From NCBI GenBank assembly GCA_004764695.1, contig SMSO01000032.1, positions 1,054,001-1,118,000 of the forward strand: DNA of 64,000 nt. Reading direction: 5' to 3'. This document shows, piece after piece, positions 21,101-33,862 of the stretch. A program made the translations under genes and the position numbers. Below the pieces are notes generated by a model. It saw nothing but the letters and a program-made list of their open reading frames with translations, ran no database searches and was not told the DNA's origin. The DNA comes from Schizochytrium sp. TIO01. Its lineage: Eukaryota; Protista; Bigyra: Labyrinthulomycetes. The stretch's first letter is position 1. Each line of letters starts with the position of its first letter.

Positions 21101-22563
21101 TTCGAGCTAAACAACTGCTATCAGTAGGCAAGTCAAATTTGGAATCCCCTTTACATCAATCGCAAAGTGATACAGGGGAAATGAACATTAAAGTTTCTTT
21201 TGATACTGCCCATTTGAAAATGATTGATAGCCAAGCAAAAAACAAATCTGCAAAAGGAAAAAGTCCCCCATATACGGAAGGATTTGAGGGAGCTACTAGG
21301 CGGATTGGTATGACCAGAACGCACCATGAAGCTAGCCACATAAGCATTCTTGTTTCAGATGCCCGAAATGAAATGAGTGGTAATCATTATCATCAAAACT
21401 TACCAGAGAACATTCGACGTTTTCCAGATCTTGAAGTAAAGGTTGATTCTGGGCGGGTTCACAATCTTCTATCAGCACGCAACTCCTTTCAACAGAGTCC
21501 TGCTAGCACCAACAGTATTTTGACACCTGTCCTAAAGTCTGGTACTGACAGTAGAAGCGAAAGTGTCAGTGGTCATAGTATTTTTAGCAGCACAGAAGAC
21601 AGGAATACGTATAGAAGTGTTGAATATCAAATACTAGAGCAGCGCGACAAGATTTTAAATATGGCACCTTGCAACACACAACAAAACCCAGATTCAAGCA
21701 AAAATCGGATTGATTTTTCTGCGGGGGGAACAAGGAAGGAACCTTGGGGAAGCCAAGGCTCACCTCTACGCGTGGTTGCCAAACATGGCAGAATCGTCGG
21801 CGACGGCGGTTATAGGAACACTTATACTTCAGGCGCTGTTGCTGTTGCTGACGAGGAGGGTACTGGCAACATAGATGATGATGACGAGGTTGTTATAATT
21901 CCACGTAAAAAGACTAAACCGAAGAGCCAGCAAGGACCGCAAGAAGATAAGCAGGTTACTAATGCAGTTCAGGTGACTTCGGATATCTTAGCGAGTCTTG
22001 GAAATGAGACAAGGATGGTCAGCTCGCGGTACATTTTGGAGTCCTTCCAAGGAGAGATTATTGCACCTTTGTTCAAGAAAAAGTCTTCGAGAATAAGTAG
22101 CTTCCTCCTTCGCTCATTTCGTGTAGCTATAAAACTTGCACTGGATTGCTTTTTATTAGGTGACCCAGATCCAAGCCTTACTGATCTGCGTGCTTGCAAA
22201 GCATCATTGGAAGAATATGAAAGAGAATGGCATATCGGCTCAGAGTTAGACCTCACTTGGCTTACCGCATTACAAACAGAGACCCCGCATCTTTTATCGT
22301 TGGTCAGTCGGGGCAAGGGTGAACTGAGCCTGCTTCAGCTATCCTTACAGCAAGAAAGGGTCACTGTGTGCAGCTTAAATCCAGCTATTGTCCGAGGAAT
22401 TTGGGCAGCGCTTTCACTGGAACTTTTATTTCTTACAAATGACGACGATGAGAGGTATTCAATTCAAGCCCATCCGTGGTTTTTACGCAACATAATTATT
22501 CAAGCGGCAGAACCACCCCTTGGGTATCCAGTCTACGGGAGTGGACCGCTTGGCATATTTTAA
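18118..22563 (+). CDS. PCNX4: Pecanex-like multi-pass membrane protein (PCNX4-like)
   Basis: N-terminus PLFSSYKWIF..R..GGIR resembles PCNX4. Many TM helices; GFPRPRRTW; KGLELQEPTSCHNVEA; Pecanex_C end VRGIWAALSLELLFLTNDDDERYSIQAHPWFLRNIIIQAAEPPLGYPVY. Confidence 0.88.
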   Translation: MQGQAAQRNWDFGDTTLQRDVAPLFSSYKWIFAIVRTLEVGLGGIRILSVAPRDDGLVWTRPSGIVFQGISWLIPIAITYCFTYLSDPKSDNTAWIALKSIIISFYVGLMRALAYFGAWRGGMQQSMGGRRHGSKYLDVSLDENMYQGDLAGVLRLCTSEVALDCSGLMTLLSQICGGFLQAFVFNWSISLSPETSLVSTISCWMIYGMGIFCLSTRHPVEVAQWHMSPQPLDCFTRGFHVILFFCLSRFHFNPGAFALPFLWLLGLLPSLDVLLEWSVEMTQMHIFGGSAASSRKRLVIHVIVSSIASLLCFYSMRYVNVRGSLCITALLSCCLSSGVIFRAYSLVRTYTVPNTTIWNVLPIMASSTQKHKVQSLQNSGQHIRNSILSKVDTLVIVLCSVSPYFATLSNTSISWSILILTSAGVTILHILLHFVKLPVVVLLNVSRGLRVFQFFWTGLCVFSIEYHGTGELSSSYTSWEQLFVCTLLMRCLRVVMTSPGSASFELTAALALGYSGSPVLTWHPLFLSVCFRATLAGWVMLFCREALGNCSFVLFHVYASLTRAKLRLPLYARLACIIATPIWNFAMALIAAVLGSPVVPIAGGGVFLAGFPRPRRTWPCYKASQADHMEAGYYEQVLPHILTALDRVFLEQSASRFGESMYLLRFEKMIAWVQILEFEFGYRVIHMKGLELQEPTSCHNVEANALDEIIRSERENPTCVKYLHQERVVRPLKDVSIQSYSHSQVSLTGVVGNDEMAKLIHRSFGYAILWQLKKEKDVLDLLAEVSKSENLKFLDGFESKEFREDLDRWYRFIHHDHINSANGLSERGPAGPIGPHGDDFDIDIDDLLDELDGYELDELDVEITESAPISKEVVHLWSGKSEETIINPLLASKTISTKWSNGSHGAANLKNSEHLLDNGSYDSQRENKLSQVEQYCIHKTSKYAPDGGYDDHDAKPESLSMMNCRGLASELLSKRDPRLEIGLPNDKQVLPTDLIRAKQLLSVGKSNLESPLHQSQSDTGEMNIKVSFDTAHLKMIDSQAKNKSAKGKSPPYTEGFEGATRRIGMTRTHHEASHISILVSDARNEMSGNHYHQNLPENIRRFPDLEVKVDSGRVHNLLSARNSFQQSPASTNSILTPVLKSGTDSRSESVSGHSIFSSTEDRNTYRSVEYQILEQRDKILNMAPCNTQQNPDSSKNRIDFSAGGTRKEPWGSQGSPLRVVAKHGRIVGDGGYRNTYTSGAVAVADEEGTGNIDDDDEVVIIPRKKTKPKSQQGPQEDKQVTNAVQVTSDILASLGNETRMVSSRYILESFQGEIIAPLFKKKSSRISSFLLRSFRVAIKLALDCFLLGDPDPSLTDLRACKASLEEYEREWHIGSELDLTWLTALQTETPHLLSLVSRGKGELSLLQLSLQQERVTVCSLNPAIVRGIWAALSLELLFLTNDDDERYSIQAHPWFLRNIIIQAAEPPLGYPVYGSGPLGIF

Positions 22564-23131
22564 GAGGTATCGATATATAAGAACTTATGATCATGCATGC
22601 CCACCTGCAAAAAGGTAATATTTTACTTCAGATTAATAAGGAATATAAGATTGGTGCTAGCATGAAGTTTTAGGCGAGATTGAGACATTAGCATAACTAT
22701 TGAGCAGAGTAAGTTCATCTGCTCTTTGTTGCAACGGACTTGGGTGTACAACAAAAGAACCAGAACAGCAATAATGAGATTTTAAGTATCATTCTAAGAA
22801 CCAGGCCTCACTAGAGTCCCTGTTTATACGTAGCTCGATTGGGCTATAGCTAAAACAAAATGTTTAAGTGCAATGCAGGTATAGTAAAGAATAAAAATGA
22901 TAGAAGTGATAAAAATGTGAAATTGAAAAAAATGTGATTTGTAGTGCAAAAAATAGGTATTTAGACTTGGCATGCATGAAAGCTCTTTATGCAATTTCAG
23001 AAATACCGGGATTTATGATACAGCTTTTGTCATGGCAGAATCAAAAACAAAGGAAGCTTGCAGTGGTAAAGTAGATAATACGATCTGCCACGCGTATCGT
23101 CTAAAGTGAAGGTTTTGATGAAAAAAAGTTC

Positions 23132-24336
23132 TTAGGAAGTCTTGGATTTAGTGACTGCCTTTCTGCGCAGGAATTCGTCGCTTGAAACTTTGGCCCTCTT
23201 CTTGATGGGCTCATTTGTCCGTACATCATTATCATCCCGCCTCGCCTTTTTCGAGAAGCTCTCGTCATGCTGGTGGTGATGATACTTGCGATGGTGCTCT
23301 CCACTAAAGGATCTTGAACTATTGCCACGAGAGTCTCCATCAGACCCACTTTCGGTGCTGTTGTTGGAGCCTGTGAAGTCAAACCTCGAACCGCTAGAAG
23401 AAAAACCTTGGGTCTTTTCATAAGACTCGTCCGAGTCACGGCCTTTACCCATATAGCCAGAATCATCACTAAGGCTTCTTTGGTCTTTTGTTTCATCGCC
23501 GTCCGATTTATCCAAAGGAGACTTGGGGCGACGTCCCCGTTCACGTTCCCTAGCAAACTCTAGCTGTATCTCCTTTTCGATTTCGTGAGCAACCTCCTCC
23601 CGCTCCTTAGGGTCAGGAAAGTTAAGGAGGGCTTCTGCACTTGGGCCGTAAGCTTCGATCAATTTGCTATCAACCATGAGAGCTGCATGTTTCTCCGAAA
23701 TGTAAGTGCCAAGATTTTCTGTTTTGCCGTTGATCCAGGCACGTGCTACCCATCGGTGATCTCGTTTATGCCAAGACACACCACGGTAGCTACTACTGCA
23801 GCGGTTCGACTTGCGACGCTTGCGACGGCGCTTTTGGACTGCCATGGACCCCCCTGCACCGCCAGGAAAAGCATAGAGGCCTTGAGGCATGCCCATGAAG
23901 GGCGCGCCGCCAGGTTGTGGGGTCATCATTGGACCGTACTGGCCCATAGGCATACCGCCCATGTATGGTCCTGCAGGTCCCCACATTGGGATCATTGCTC
24001 CTCCACTTGGCATCATTTGTCCAGCGGATGGATCTTGCGGCGGCATCATGACAAAAATAGGTTGTCCATAGTACGATCCTGGAAAAGAAGAACCCTTTGG
24101 GGGTTCGGGCATGCCATTTGAGGTTTGGGAATTACCGTTTGGCATAGAGTTTGTGCTTTTCGTGCTTGACGCCATGGCGTTTCCATTCTGGGTATTTGTC
24201 GGAGCACTTTCAAAAATGGGACGCCCTGTACCTGGCCCCACCATGGTTGGTGTGGACAAGGATCCAGATCCAGATCCAGATCTGCTATCTTCAGAAGATC
24301 CAGAGATGCTGGAGCTAGTAGACTTGCTTCTGCTGC

Positions 24337-24384
<48 letters not shown>

Positions 24385-25147
24385 TGGTGGCGGCGGAGTT
24401 ATTGTTGCCACTGATAGCGCTGTTGTTGTTGTTGCTATTGTTGTAGTTCTGAATTCCCATGAGAAGCTGAGGAAGAGAAGACGTAGCTTGCGGTTGTGAT
24501 GGAGATTGTTGTTGTTGATATTGTTGTTGATATGACTTGCTTTGGTCAGAAGTATTTTGTGCACTCATGTATGGTGAATACGAAGAGCCCGCTTCTGGTC
24601 GTGAAGACGGCGGCTGGGAGGATTGCGGAACACTGCTAGCGAAGTGAGGCTGATTAGTAGAGTTGTTTCCAATAGCATTATCAGCGCTAGAGTTGTTATC
24701 GCCGTTGTTGGATTTAACGAAAGAGTTTTTCTGATTAATGGCCGTCTCACTTGTCTGCTGTTGTAATTCAGAGGGTGTGGGTATGGGGTGGCTGGAGGTA
24801 GTTGATGGGGCTGTCGCTGTAGATGACGCTGACGAAGGGGGAGGCTGATGGTATCCAGGAAATGGATGCCCATGGCTTTGTTGCTGCTGCATGGGCATGC
24901 CCATGGGAACAGGCATAAAGTAGGTTGGAGGGAACTTAGCCATCATGCCTTGGTTCATTTGACCAGGTTGGTTTGCAAACCACGGGTTGTAGCCGGGCTG
25001 GGGCTGTTGCTGAAGGTACATTTGACCATGGTTATAGTTGCCGTCCATGGGAAGCTGCTGCTGCTGCTGCTGCTGCTGCGGCGGCGGCGGCGCTTGTTGC
25101 TGCTGCATAGGGTACGATTGGTGGCCTCCAAAATTCATGGGATGCAT
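23132..25147 (-). CDS. AP2/ERF-domain transcription factor with Q/N/S/P-rich low-complexity N-terminus
   Basis: AP2 domain SSYRGVSWHKRDHRWVARAWINGKTENLGTYISEKHAALMVD..LNFP at about 23615-23795, preceded by NLS KRRRKRRK. PolyQ, polyN and polyS tracts. First ATG at 25147; probable 5'-UTR intron 25543-25205 (GTAAGC..TAACAG). Confidence 0.9.
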
Positions 25148-26815
25148 TGTTCCCTTGGTACGCCGCCCTTCAATGTCGTACCGCGGAAACAACGGTAGAC
25201 GGGGCTGTTAAATGCGTGGTCAAGTCCGGCTAGCTCAGTACTGATGAAAAGAAATGTGGCCGCAGGTGCTGCTTTGAAGGCAAATGCAAATGCAATTCAG
25301 TCAGAGCCCAAGCAAAGTTGTTTTACTTTGTAAACGATGCAACTTTGCTAAGTATGAACCCCAAAACTTTCAGAACCCTGCTGATCCAGGATCTCTTGCC
25401 AGCGACTTGGACACAATTAGCGCCCAATGTTGTCTAGATGTTTTGAGTTGGATTGTGCAAGACCTGGTGGTGGTTGGCGTTGGTTGATTATTCGTGTTAT
25501 ATCAACAACACTCAGCAAGTTGCAGGTAGCTAGCAAGGCTTACTCGACCCTGCGCACGTAGAGAACAGAGGCAAGGGGTGACCTCTTCCTTCCGCACAAG
25601 CGCAGCGCAAGGGTGTTCGTGCCGCGACTGAATGCTCGTTCGGCTTTCCTACAACAGGTACGTCGGCGCTGCTCCAGCACTAGCTCTACCCCCAGACACT
25701 CAAGAGCGTTTTGTTGAGCTTGCTCTTCCTCAACCACGAGGTTTGCGCTTTGTCCTTGCTGCTGCCGCTGCCGCTGCTCTGTCTCTGCGGGTACCACGCA
25801 GAGCTGTAAGCGAGCGCGCGATCGGCTGATTGAATAACCCAAACAAACTAGGCTTCACCGTGAAAAGCCTCGTAACTGTTTCCTGGTTTGCTTCTGCCTT
25901 GACGCAGGTTCACCCAGCTGCCTTCGCTGGCCTAGCGTCTTGTGCTCGCTGGCAAGCTCTGTGCGCTTGCTTGCTTGCTTCGGGCGTTCACTAAGTGGGA
26001 CTGCTGCACCTGCTGAAGCGGGGCGGCTCAAGGCGCGTGGGAAGGGTTCTGCACGAGGACAACTGTGACGGAGGGAATCGAAAGAGAGGCACTGCCGCGA
26101 GGTGAACGGCTGCAGCAGCCTTGCTTCGCCGCAGCTAAGAAAGCGCTCCGTTTCTGCGCCGCTATGAGGGCATCCAGATGCTTGCCTTCAAGAATTTCAA
26201 CTCCTCCTTCGCAAAACCTCTTTTCCACTGTCTTCCACAACTAGTCATGACTGCGGGAATGTGGGGCCTCTTCCCCGAGCGGCCACGCTAGACGAACTTA
26301 CCGTAATCAACTCCGAGGTTTCAGTGGCGGTGTAGAGGAATTTCTGGAATGTGGGTTCGTCTCAAAGACCACAGCCCGCGGCGCGTTGACGTTTTCAATG
26401 CAATTTAGTCCACTGTGGTCAACAGTGTTGTAAATTTGCGGTTGGAAGGCACAACTTCATTTAAAACTTTTCAAGTCAAAAACTTTTCATCTTTTCTTTT
26501 TAACAATCAGCAGATCCTCGCCACTGTGGTCAAGGTTTTTGATTTTTTTTGCCAATCTCTCCACTACACTGTGGCGCCCCTCACAGTGTAGAGTGAAGGC
26601 CGACCCCCGCTTCCCCCGTTCTCTCTGCGCTCCAGCAAGATTGGCAATGCCCTCCTCCTCGCGCCTCTTCGAACTCTCTGCCACCGCACGCTCATTTGGC
26701 AAGGCAGACTTCCACAGCGAACCCAGGCCTGTCTGTCTGTGTCTGTCGCCCTTCCTGGAGGACGCCGCCCTCTCAACCAATAATCGGCGACGCAGCTTCG
26801 TCGTCGATGAATCAT

Positions 26816-26884
26816 TGAATGAATGAATGAATCAATGAATGAATAAGTGAATGGGTGATTCTTCTTCTTCGCCATCTCATTTCC

Positions 26885-26911
<27 letters not shown>
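26816..26911. repeat. (GAAT)n and (CT)n microsatellites
   Basis: GAAT run at 26816-26852 and CT run at 26885-26911. Confidence 0.9.
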
Positions 26912-26916
<5 letters not shown>

Positions 26917-29900
26917 CTTCCTCTGCGCCCCTTCATTCACTGACCAACTACTACTCAAATGCCTAGCTACACAGCTACCGGTCTTCCTCCAAGTTGTTTG
27001 CTCTTCAGTCAAAATGTTTTTCCTTTCATAGCCTCTGTTCATATGCCCGGCTACCTAACACCTACTACGGTATTTGAGAAAAGAAAAGAAAAGAAAAGAG
27101 AAGAAAAACTCGCTGTGTTCGAAAAACTCGAAACCTAATAAGTACTAGGAGGAGGGAGCTTGGTGGATTGAGGGAAACGTCTTCTTGCTTCGAGCAACTT
27201 CCTCTGTTCTGCGCAACTTTCTACCCTTTCCCTAAACCTGAGATCCTTGGAAAGAGAATGAGTGAGGGTAAACAGCCAACTGCTGAAGAAAAGAAAGGCA
27301 CTCCTCGCAAAATCTCTTTCTCTTTAAGAAGGAAAACAAAGCAGAAAGGAAGTAAAAGTTGTTCAAGTCACGCACTTCAGCACCTCGAAGAAAGCGCGAC
27401 ATTCTGCAAAAAGGAGGTAAGCTTTTGCGGACTTTATTTTATTTTATTGTATTCTTTACTTTTTTCTTCTTTTTTTTTTGTTGCAAAAATTTGTGCAGGT
27501 GGCTGCCACAGTGTATTCGTATTTAGTTCGTGTGCAGATCATGCGAATGCGTTTCCATGCTCTCGATGCCCAAACGACTCGATCAGAAGGTGGAGAAAAT
27601 CGTATGCATACAGACAGACCCGCAGACTCGAGTGCAGGTATCGCGGACTGAGGGCGTCCAATCTAAAGATCAATCGCGCTGCCCATCAAAAAGTTTCAAC
27701 GAGGCAAAATGTGGATTACAGTAGTGCAACTCTTGTTTCTTGTCCTCTTGTTTTTTTCTTTTCTTTTTTTCAAAGAAACCTAAAATCAAACCAGAAACCC
27801 TCTTCCACTGTGCGACCCTTCTTCGCGAAGCACTGCAGGAGCAAGTTTTCAAATGCAAGTGAAATACTCGATCAATCGAGTTCCAGTACATACTCCTACT
27901 CACACAGAGAATGGATTTGCTCTTCTTTGAAGTAGCGACCCAACCGAAACCTTCTCTCTGAGCAGTACTGCAGTGCTCTTAAGTGCTCGCGAGGAAGCAA
28001 TCGTGGCATTGATCTACAGCCCCTCAAACCCTTAAATCGATCATTGAATAGCCAAGCAGCAGATCCCTCCCTCCCTCCCTCCCTCTTTTCTGTACGCTAT
28101 TCTTTAGGGGGCAAAAATCAGATTAAATGATTTCAACAAAATAAAACACCAAAGACACAGGGCGTGTCTCGATTCCCGAATTCACTGTTCCAATCATGCA
28201 AAAGCGCTGGTACTCTCTTCCTATCATTTCTGGCCGGCGCAACGCCTCAGCAATACGCACACATCTCCAGTTTGGGACCCGACATCGCTGTCCTGCGCGG
28301 CTTGAGAGGCGCTTTTCTGCGACTATCTCCGTCACTTGCATCTACAGCTGCCTAGCTGGAGAGCTAAAAGTAGTGCAGCTTTCGCTTCGATAAGCTAAAA
28401 AGAAAAGATAAGAAAAGACTTTTTCAAAAGATAAAAAAGCAAAATGCGAGTATGTATTTTCGTACCGCAAGCTCCTCTACCGTGGCATGCATTCGACGGT
28501 AGGTGTCATCGAGTCACGAACTGCAGGCGAACTCGTTGGTGGAGCATGGAGGGGTGCCGCTGACTGGTCCTGGGAGCGTTTTACGCCTCTTGACAGCGAA
28601 TAAGTTCTTCGCTTAGCGCAGCAGACCGCCTCAACCAACCAACTCATCAGTGCTGCTAGGGAAGGTCTTCTTCAATTTATTTTTTTTCAGGAACGCCAGA
28701 CTTCAAAAAAGTTTTAAGTTTACATAATATATAATTTTCTCCTTTTTTCAAGATTTACCAATTTTGACCGTATTGGTGGGGAAAGGAAACGAGAGAGCAG
28801 TGGCGTTTTGAGCCACCGCTGTCGCTGATGCGCAGGGTATCGCAGGGTACTACCGCACTCACAGCGCCGCCTCTGCCTCGTCTCTGCACCAAGTTGTGGC
28901 CTTTGCGAGCTGCCAGGCGTCCTAACAGCTTACCCACCGAGTGGCCCCCGAGAACGAAGGAGCGAAGCAACCCCTTGCTTGACAAAAGCACTGATAAGAA
29001 TAGCAACAACGGCAACAGCAACAGCAACACAGCAGCAGCATAAGCAGCATGAGCAGCATAAGTTTACTTGTTTATTTGTTTATTTTTTAAGTTTTAATTA
29101 AAAACTTGCATTCTAATAATACTGATTGCCTTAGGTAAGGAGGTAGGGGTAGCGATGAATAAGCACCCGGGTATTGCAAGCCTTCTTTCTCCCACAGCAG
29201 TGAAACAGGCTTTGGCCTAACATTTATTTATTTCTGCCTTCGCTCGCAAAATGACGCCCACCTCAACGTCTGTGAGTAGGCGGCCAGATCACGGCCCACC
29301 CCCTGGGTACTAGAGCAGGCCAGGTTTCCTCAGCTGGCCAACAGCTGGATCGAGTAGGTGCCTAGCTACGCCTTCGTACAGCCCTCTTCTCCTTCGCAGC
29401 GCATCGTGCGTCCGAGCGCTCCTCTCGATTTCGTGTATGTTTGAAATTTAATATTTTAATGATAATTTATTATTATTATTTTTAAAACAAATTAATTCAT
29501 AATTAAAATAGAGGAAAGCAGAGGGCCCTTCGCCACGACTATTTTTTCCGTAAGTAACCGTACCGAAACTCGTGTCGCCCCCCTTCATCGCTCTGAGAAA
29601 GTATAAAAATATTATTAAAAAAACGAAGGTGGTGTGTGATTAATTCCCAGTTACACCTAGGCACCCATGGGCGGCAGGTTACGAGTAAACAACGTTTTAA
29701 TATTTTTATTTTATTTTATTTTGGAAAACACGCCTGAGGAAAAGGAGGAGTGAGAAAAGAAAAACCTGAAAGGAGAAAGGAAAGAAGAAATAGAAGGCTT
29801 CGCTGAAGAACATATTTTCCTGGTCTCACAAATGAGCTCCAACTGTCATTCTATAGCTTTCTTCGTCTGCACTCTCACAAGCAATAGCAGATACTACCTC

Positions 29901-30169
29901 ATGCAAGTTGCTCCCAGCGAGAAATGCAGCAGCACGAACGAGCTTCGTCTGCACAGCGGAGATGATGCACAGCAATCAACGGGGGGCTAGTAGCAGCTCA
30001 GCTACAGGGCGCGCCCAGAAGCAATGCCAGGCCTCCTGCAGCCCGGCAGCGCAAGCTTATCTATCCACCCAAACAGCGAAAAGCGGTGCCTGCCAAAGCG
30101 ATTGCTTGGGCTTTCAGGCCATCAAAGGACCCATAAATAAAAGTGCTTCGAAAAGAAAAAAAAATGAGC

Positions 30170-30672
30170 GAATGAATGAATGAATGAATGAATGAGTGAA
30201 TGAGTGAATGAGTGAATGAAGAAGCGAAAGAAGAAACGAACGAGGAAACGACGAACGAACCCATAAGCTGAAGGAAGGCGGTGGCATTAATCAAAGCGAC
30301 GGCGTATCAATCGATGTCAAGGCACAGATGCACAAAGACCATCGTATACGCGTCCGACGTGTGAGTGCGGGCAGGAGAAGAGACACAGACAGGCACTCAA
30401 TCAGAGCACTCACTCACTCACTCACTCACTCAGACACTCAGACACGCCTTCTATCAGTGCTAGCATTTCTGGTAGGCAGTCCACGGATGGAGCCTCATCA
30501 AGTGTCAGGTGGCCTCTTAGGCAAAACCCCAGGAACTTTGCCCTGTCCACAGCACGGGCGGTGAATGAATGAAAGAATACTAAAGTTAACTCGAAATGAG
30601 CACATGAGTGGGTCAGTGAGTGCACGAATAAGTAAATGAATGAATGAATGAATGAATGAATGAATATGAATG
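30170..30672. repeat. Cluster of (GAAT/GAGT)n and (CACT)n microsatellites
   Basis: Runs at about 30170-30219, 30407-30432 and 30636-30672. Confidence 0.9.
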
Positions 30673-33600
30673 AGTGGCAGAAAGAAGGAGCGAATAAGAG
30701 AAACGACGGCAAATAGAACTCGCCCAAAAGTAGGTGAGGTTACTGTGGCTACGTTAGCGAAGGGGGTTGCGCTCGGGAAGCTGACAGAGTGCCAGAGCTG
30801 CCGCTTAGAGAGCCTGGGGCACACGGCGCAGGCGGCTTCGGAGCGGCCTGCAGGGCTCAGAAGCCAAAGCCCTTCAGCCGAGCTAACTTGCTTGCTGCGA
30901 AGACTCCACAGAGCTTGCTGTAGCTCGGCGGATCAAGCTATTCCAAAGGTGATATGCCGTACTTATTACTTACTCGCCTCTCCTATCAATCCCTTTCCTG
31001 TAGGGCTCCTTTCCTGAAACTTTTATTTTACTTTAATTAAAATTAATTTTAATTGTTTTTAATTTTAAAACCAACTTAATAATAAAAATTAAAAAATAAT
31101 ATAAAACTTAAAACTTAGACGATGATAGACGGTTTGGGAGCTCTGCAGCAGAAGACAAAGAGACGAGCGTGGTCAGCTTTTGCCTTTGCCTTTGGCGGGG
31201 CTCGCCCCAAAGAGTTTTCGCGACAGGCAGACAGCTCCAAGCCAGAATTGCAGCAGTGCCTCGTACTTCTTCGCCTCCGTTCGCTCTTTGAATTCATCAC
31301 TTCGTGGCCCAAATTTATCTTTCAGGCTTCCGTGTACTCCCTCCTTCTGCTCCTCCTTTCGGGCCGGAATAAGCCGCTTTGCTGTGCCACCTCAGCTTAG
31401 GCCCTCGAGGACGACCTTGGCCTCCCTAGTCAGTGCACCGTCGGTGTATCCGACGGCCTTCGACATTTCTTTGGGCTCGAGTCGGATTGCAGAACCCTCA
31501 ATCAATCAGCTCCTGCACTCTCAACGCTAGTCAGTCAGCGGTTCTCAGCGGAGTTCCGTCTGTTTCGACGCGACAGACAGGCAGCTGCTTCCCCAGACTC
31601 TGATCCAGGGAGTCGGACTTATTATGGAGATAGGTCTGCAGAAGCAGCAGCTCTGCCCTCTTCGATGAGTGCCTCGAAGATATAAGATTGGCCTCGCGCA
31701 GAAGACTTTAGGATGGACGATGCTCTGCAGCTTCACTTCATCGACTTGCGTCGTGGGTTGAACAGCATTCGATCTCGCTTTTCTTACTCTTCAGGAGTTC
31801 TTGCACTTGCTTGCGAACCCAAACAACAAAACAGACGAAACAAGGGATCCTTTTCTTTTAGTTTTGAAAGTTTAAAGTGTTACAACTGAAGGAACTTGAC
31901 TCCCACAATGTTCCTGTCTAGGGCCCTCAACTGTTATAACGATTTCTTTCTTTTACTTTCCTGTTTCCTCTCTGCTCTGCTTCTTTTTTATTTATTTCTT
32001 TCTTTCTTCTTTTCTGCCCATCCATTGAAAGACGATGGGTGCCACGAACGAGTCTGGCAAACCCTATAATTGACGCACAGGTAACTGTAATCCATCGAGA
32101 AGAGATCAGAGGAAGCGTGGGAAGCTCGAGAACACCACTTCCGCTCGCCCTCAGACGGGTTTGATGGAGCCGCTGAGAGATCCTCCTACTCTTCTCTCTC
32201 TCTCTCTCTCTCTTTCATTACTTTTTTCTTTCTTTCCCTTTTATCCCTTCAGCGCTTCTAGAAGCCTGAGGGAGATATAAAGAGAGTGGGCAAGAGTGGT
32301 AGCAGTTGACGAGACTTATACTACTCTCACTCGATCATATTCAGCCAGATCAAAATGGCTAGGAATTACCTAGGAAGAGCTGCGCAACACCCAGGGAATT
32401 TCTCGCAACACCTTTGCCCGTCGATTCAGCGTGCCAGGCAAGATTTTGCATCTTACCAGACCCAGGCGCATATAAGAGTATTCGTCATCTATAGAGACTG
32501 CGGTCTTATAATAAGCGAAAGGCGAAGATTTTACCGTCGTTGAGGTGAAACAGCCCTGTCTCAGCTTGGACATTCTTACTTCTAGTATATACATTTATTT
32601 ATCTTCTAAATCAGGTCGTGCCTTATCACGAATCACGAATCACGAATCATAGGAACCGTGAATCGTCTCGAGTCAGAGCGAGCGTGATGGAGCTGAGAGG
32701 AGCAGCACCTTGCCGCAGCTTCTCACGCAGTCTCCCGTGCTCTTTGTAGCAGAGGGTCTCAGAAATCATTAAGAAGTGGAGGCCTTAGTTCCTGTTTTCG
32801 ATTATTTTAATTCTTTAGAGAAGAGCTTTTGTTTGACTTTAATTTTAAAAAAGAAAGTAAAAGTTTTGAAAAGTAATTGAATTTTAAGAGAGAATACACT
32901 CGAAAAGCTCTCCGGTCAATCCAACTTCAACTTGAAGGCAACGATTGCTATGAAAAGTGCTTACTTTGCTTGTTTTGCTTGCTGCAAGGTGGGAAGCACT
33001 CAAACACGCAAGCAGAGAGAAAACCACCCGTACCTACTTTCGTCCAGCAAGCGACAAAGAGTAAAGTAAGTCAGTCGCAAAGTTATCCACGATATGCGAC
33101 CCTCAGCCTTGCCGTGTCTTTTGTCTCTCTAGCTAGAGTTTTCATCACTGCACAAATAAAACAACTTTATTATAATTACTTTCATAAAAGTGTAAGTAGG
33201 TTTTCATCGTTCTTTATTTTCAATCCTATCAAATCATACATCGTTCAAGTTGAATAAGAACCTGCAATGAAAAAATAGAATTATTATTCTTCTGAGAGAA
33301 AAGAAAAGGGAGATCTTTAGGTGTGAAACTTTCTCCCGTTTCTTTCTTTTCATCTGGGTAGTTGGCTAACACACACATTCTAATTTTATTCCTGCTTCGC
33401 GATGCCGAGGTTCGTTAGAAAGCTCTATGCAGTAGGTTGCTTAGACCATAGAGTACTAAGCTTTGGCCTTTTCGTGCGTAGCTTTCCCCGGGGAAGGGCC
33501 TGAACAGCCATCCCACACGCGTCCGAGCGAGCGGTCGTCCGTTCCAGCGAGCGCCAGTCTGTCCGCGCCCCCCGCGAAATAAGCACGTCCTCCTGGCCTC

Positions 33601-33862
33601 CAGTCGGCTGCACCGCCTGCGCTCGCTCCCGGGCCGGCGAGCCACCGGTCATGCTTCCCCTCCAGCCCGCCCGAACGACACCGCGAGAGGAGGCAGGAAG
33701 AGATTTAACCACAGCCCTCCACACCGATCGTGTGGGTGTGAGGCAGTGGGCGCGCCCGCTGTGGGCCCGAGGGCCGTGCTGGAAGCGGCGAGGGAGGGGT
33801 TGAAGATTTCGATGCTCTGGCATTAGCGCCGCAGGATGGCGCAGTCAGTGGAGAACGCAGCA

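Noticed and set aside
27168-27935. 255-aa ORF on the + strand
   Set aside because: TTG start, crosses poly-T and poly-A tracts, no domain; likely chance.
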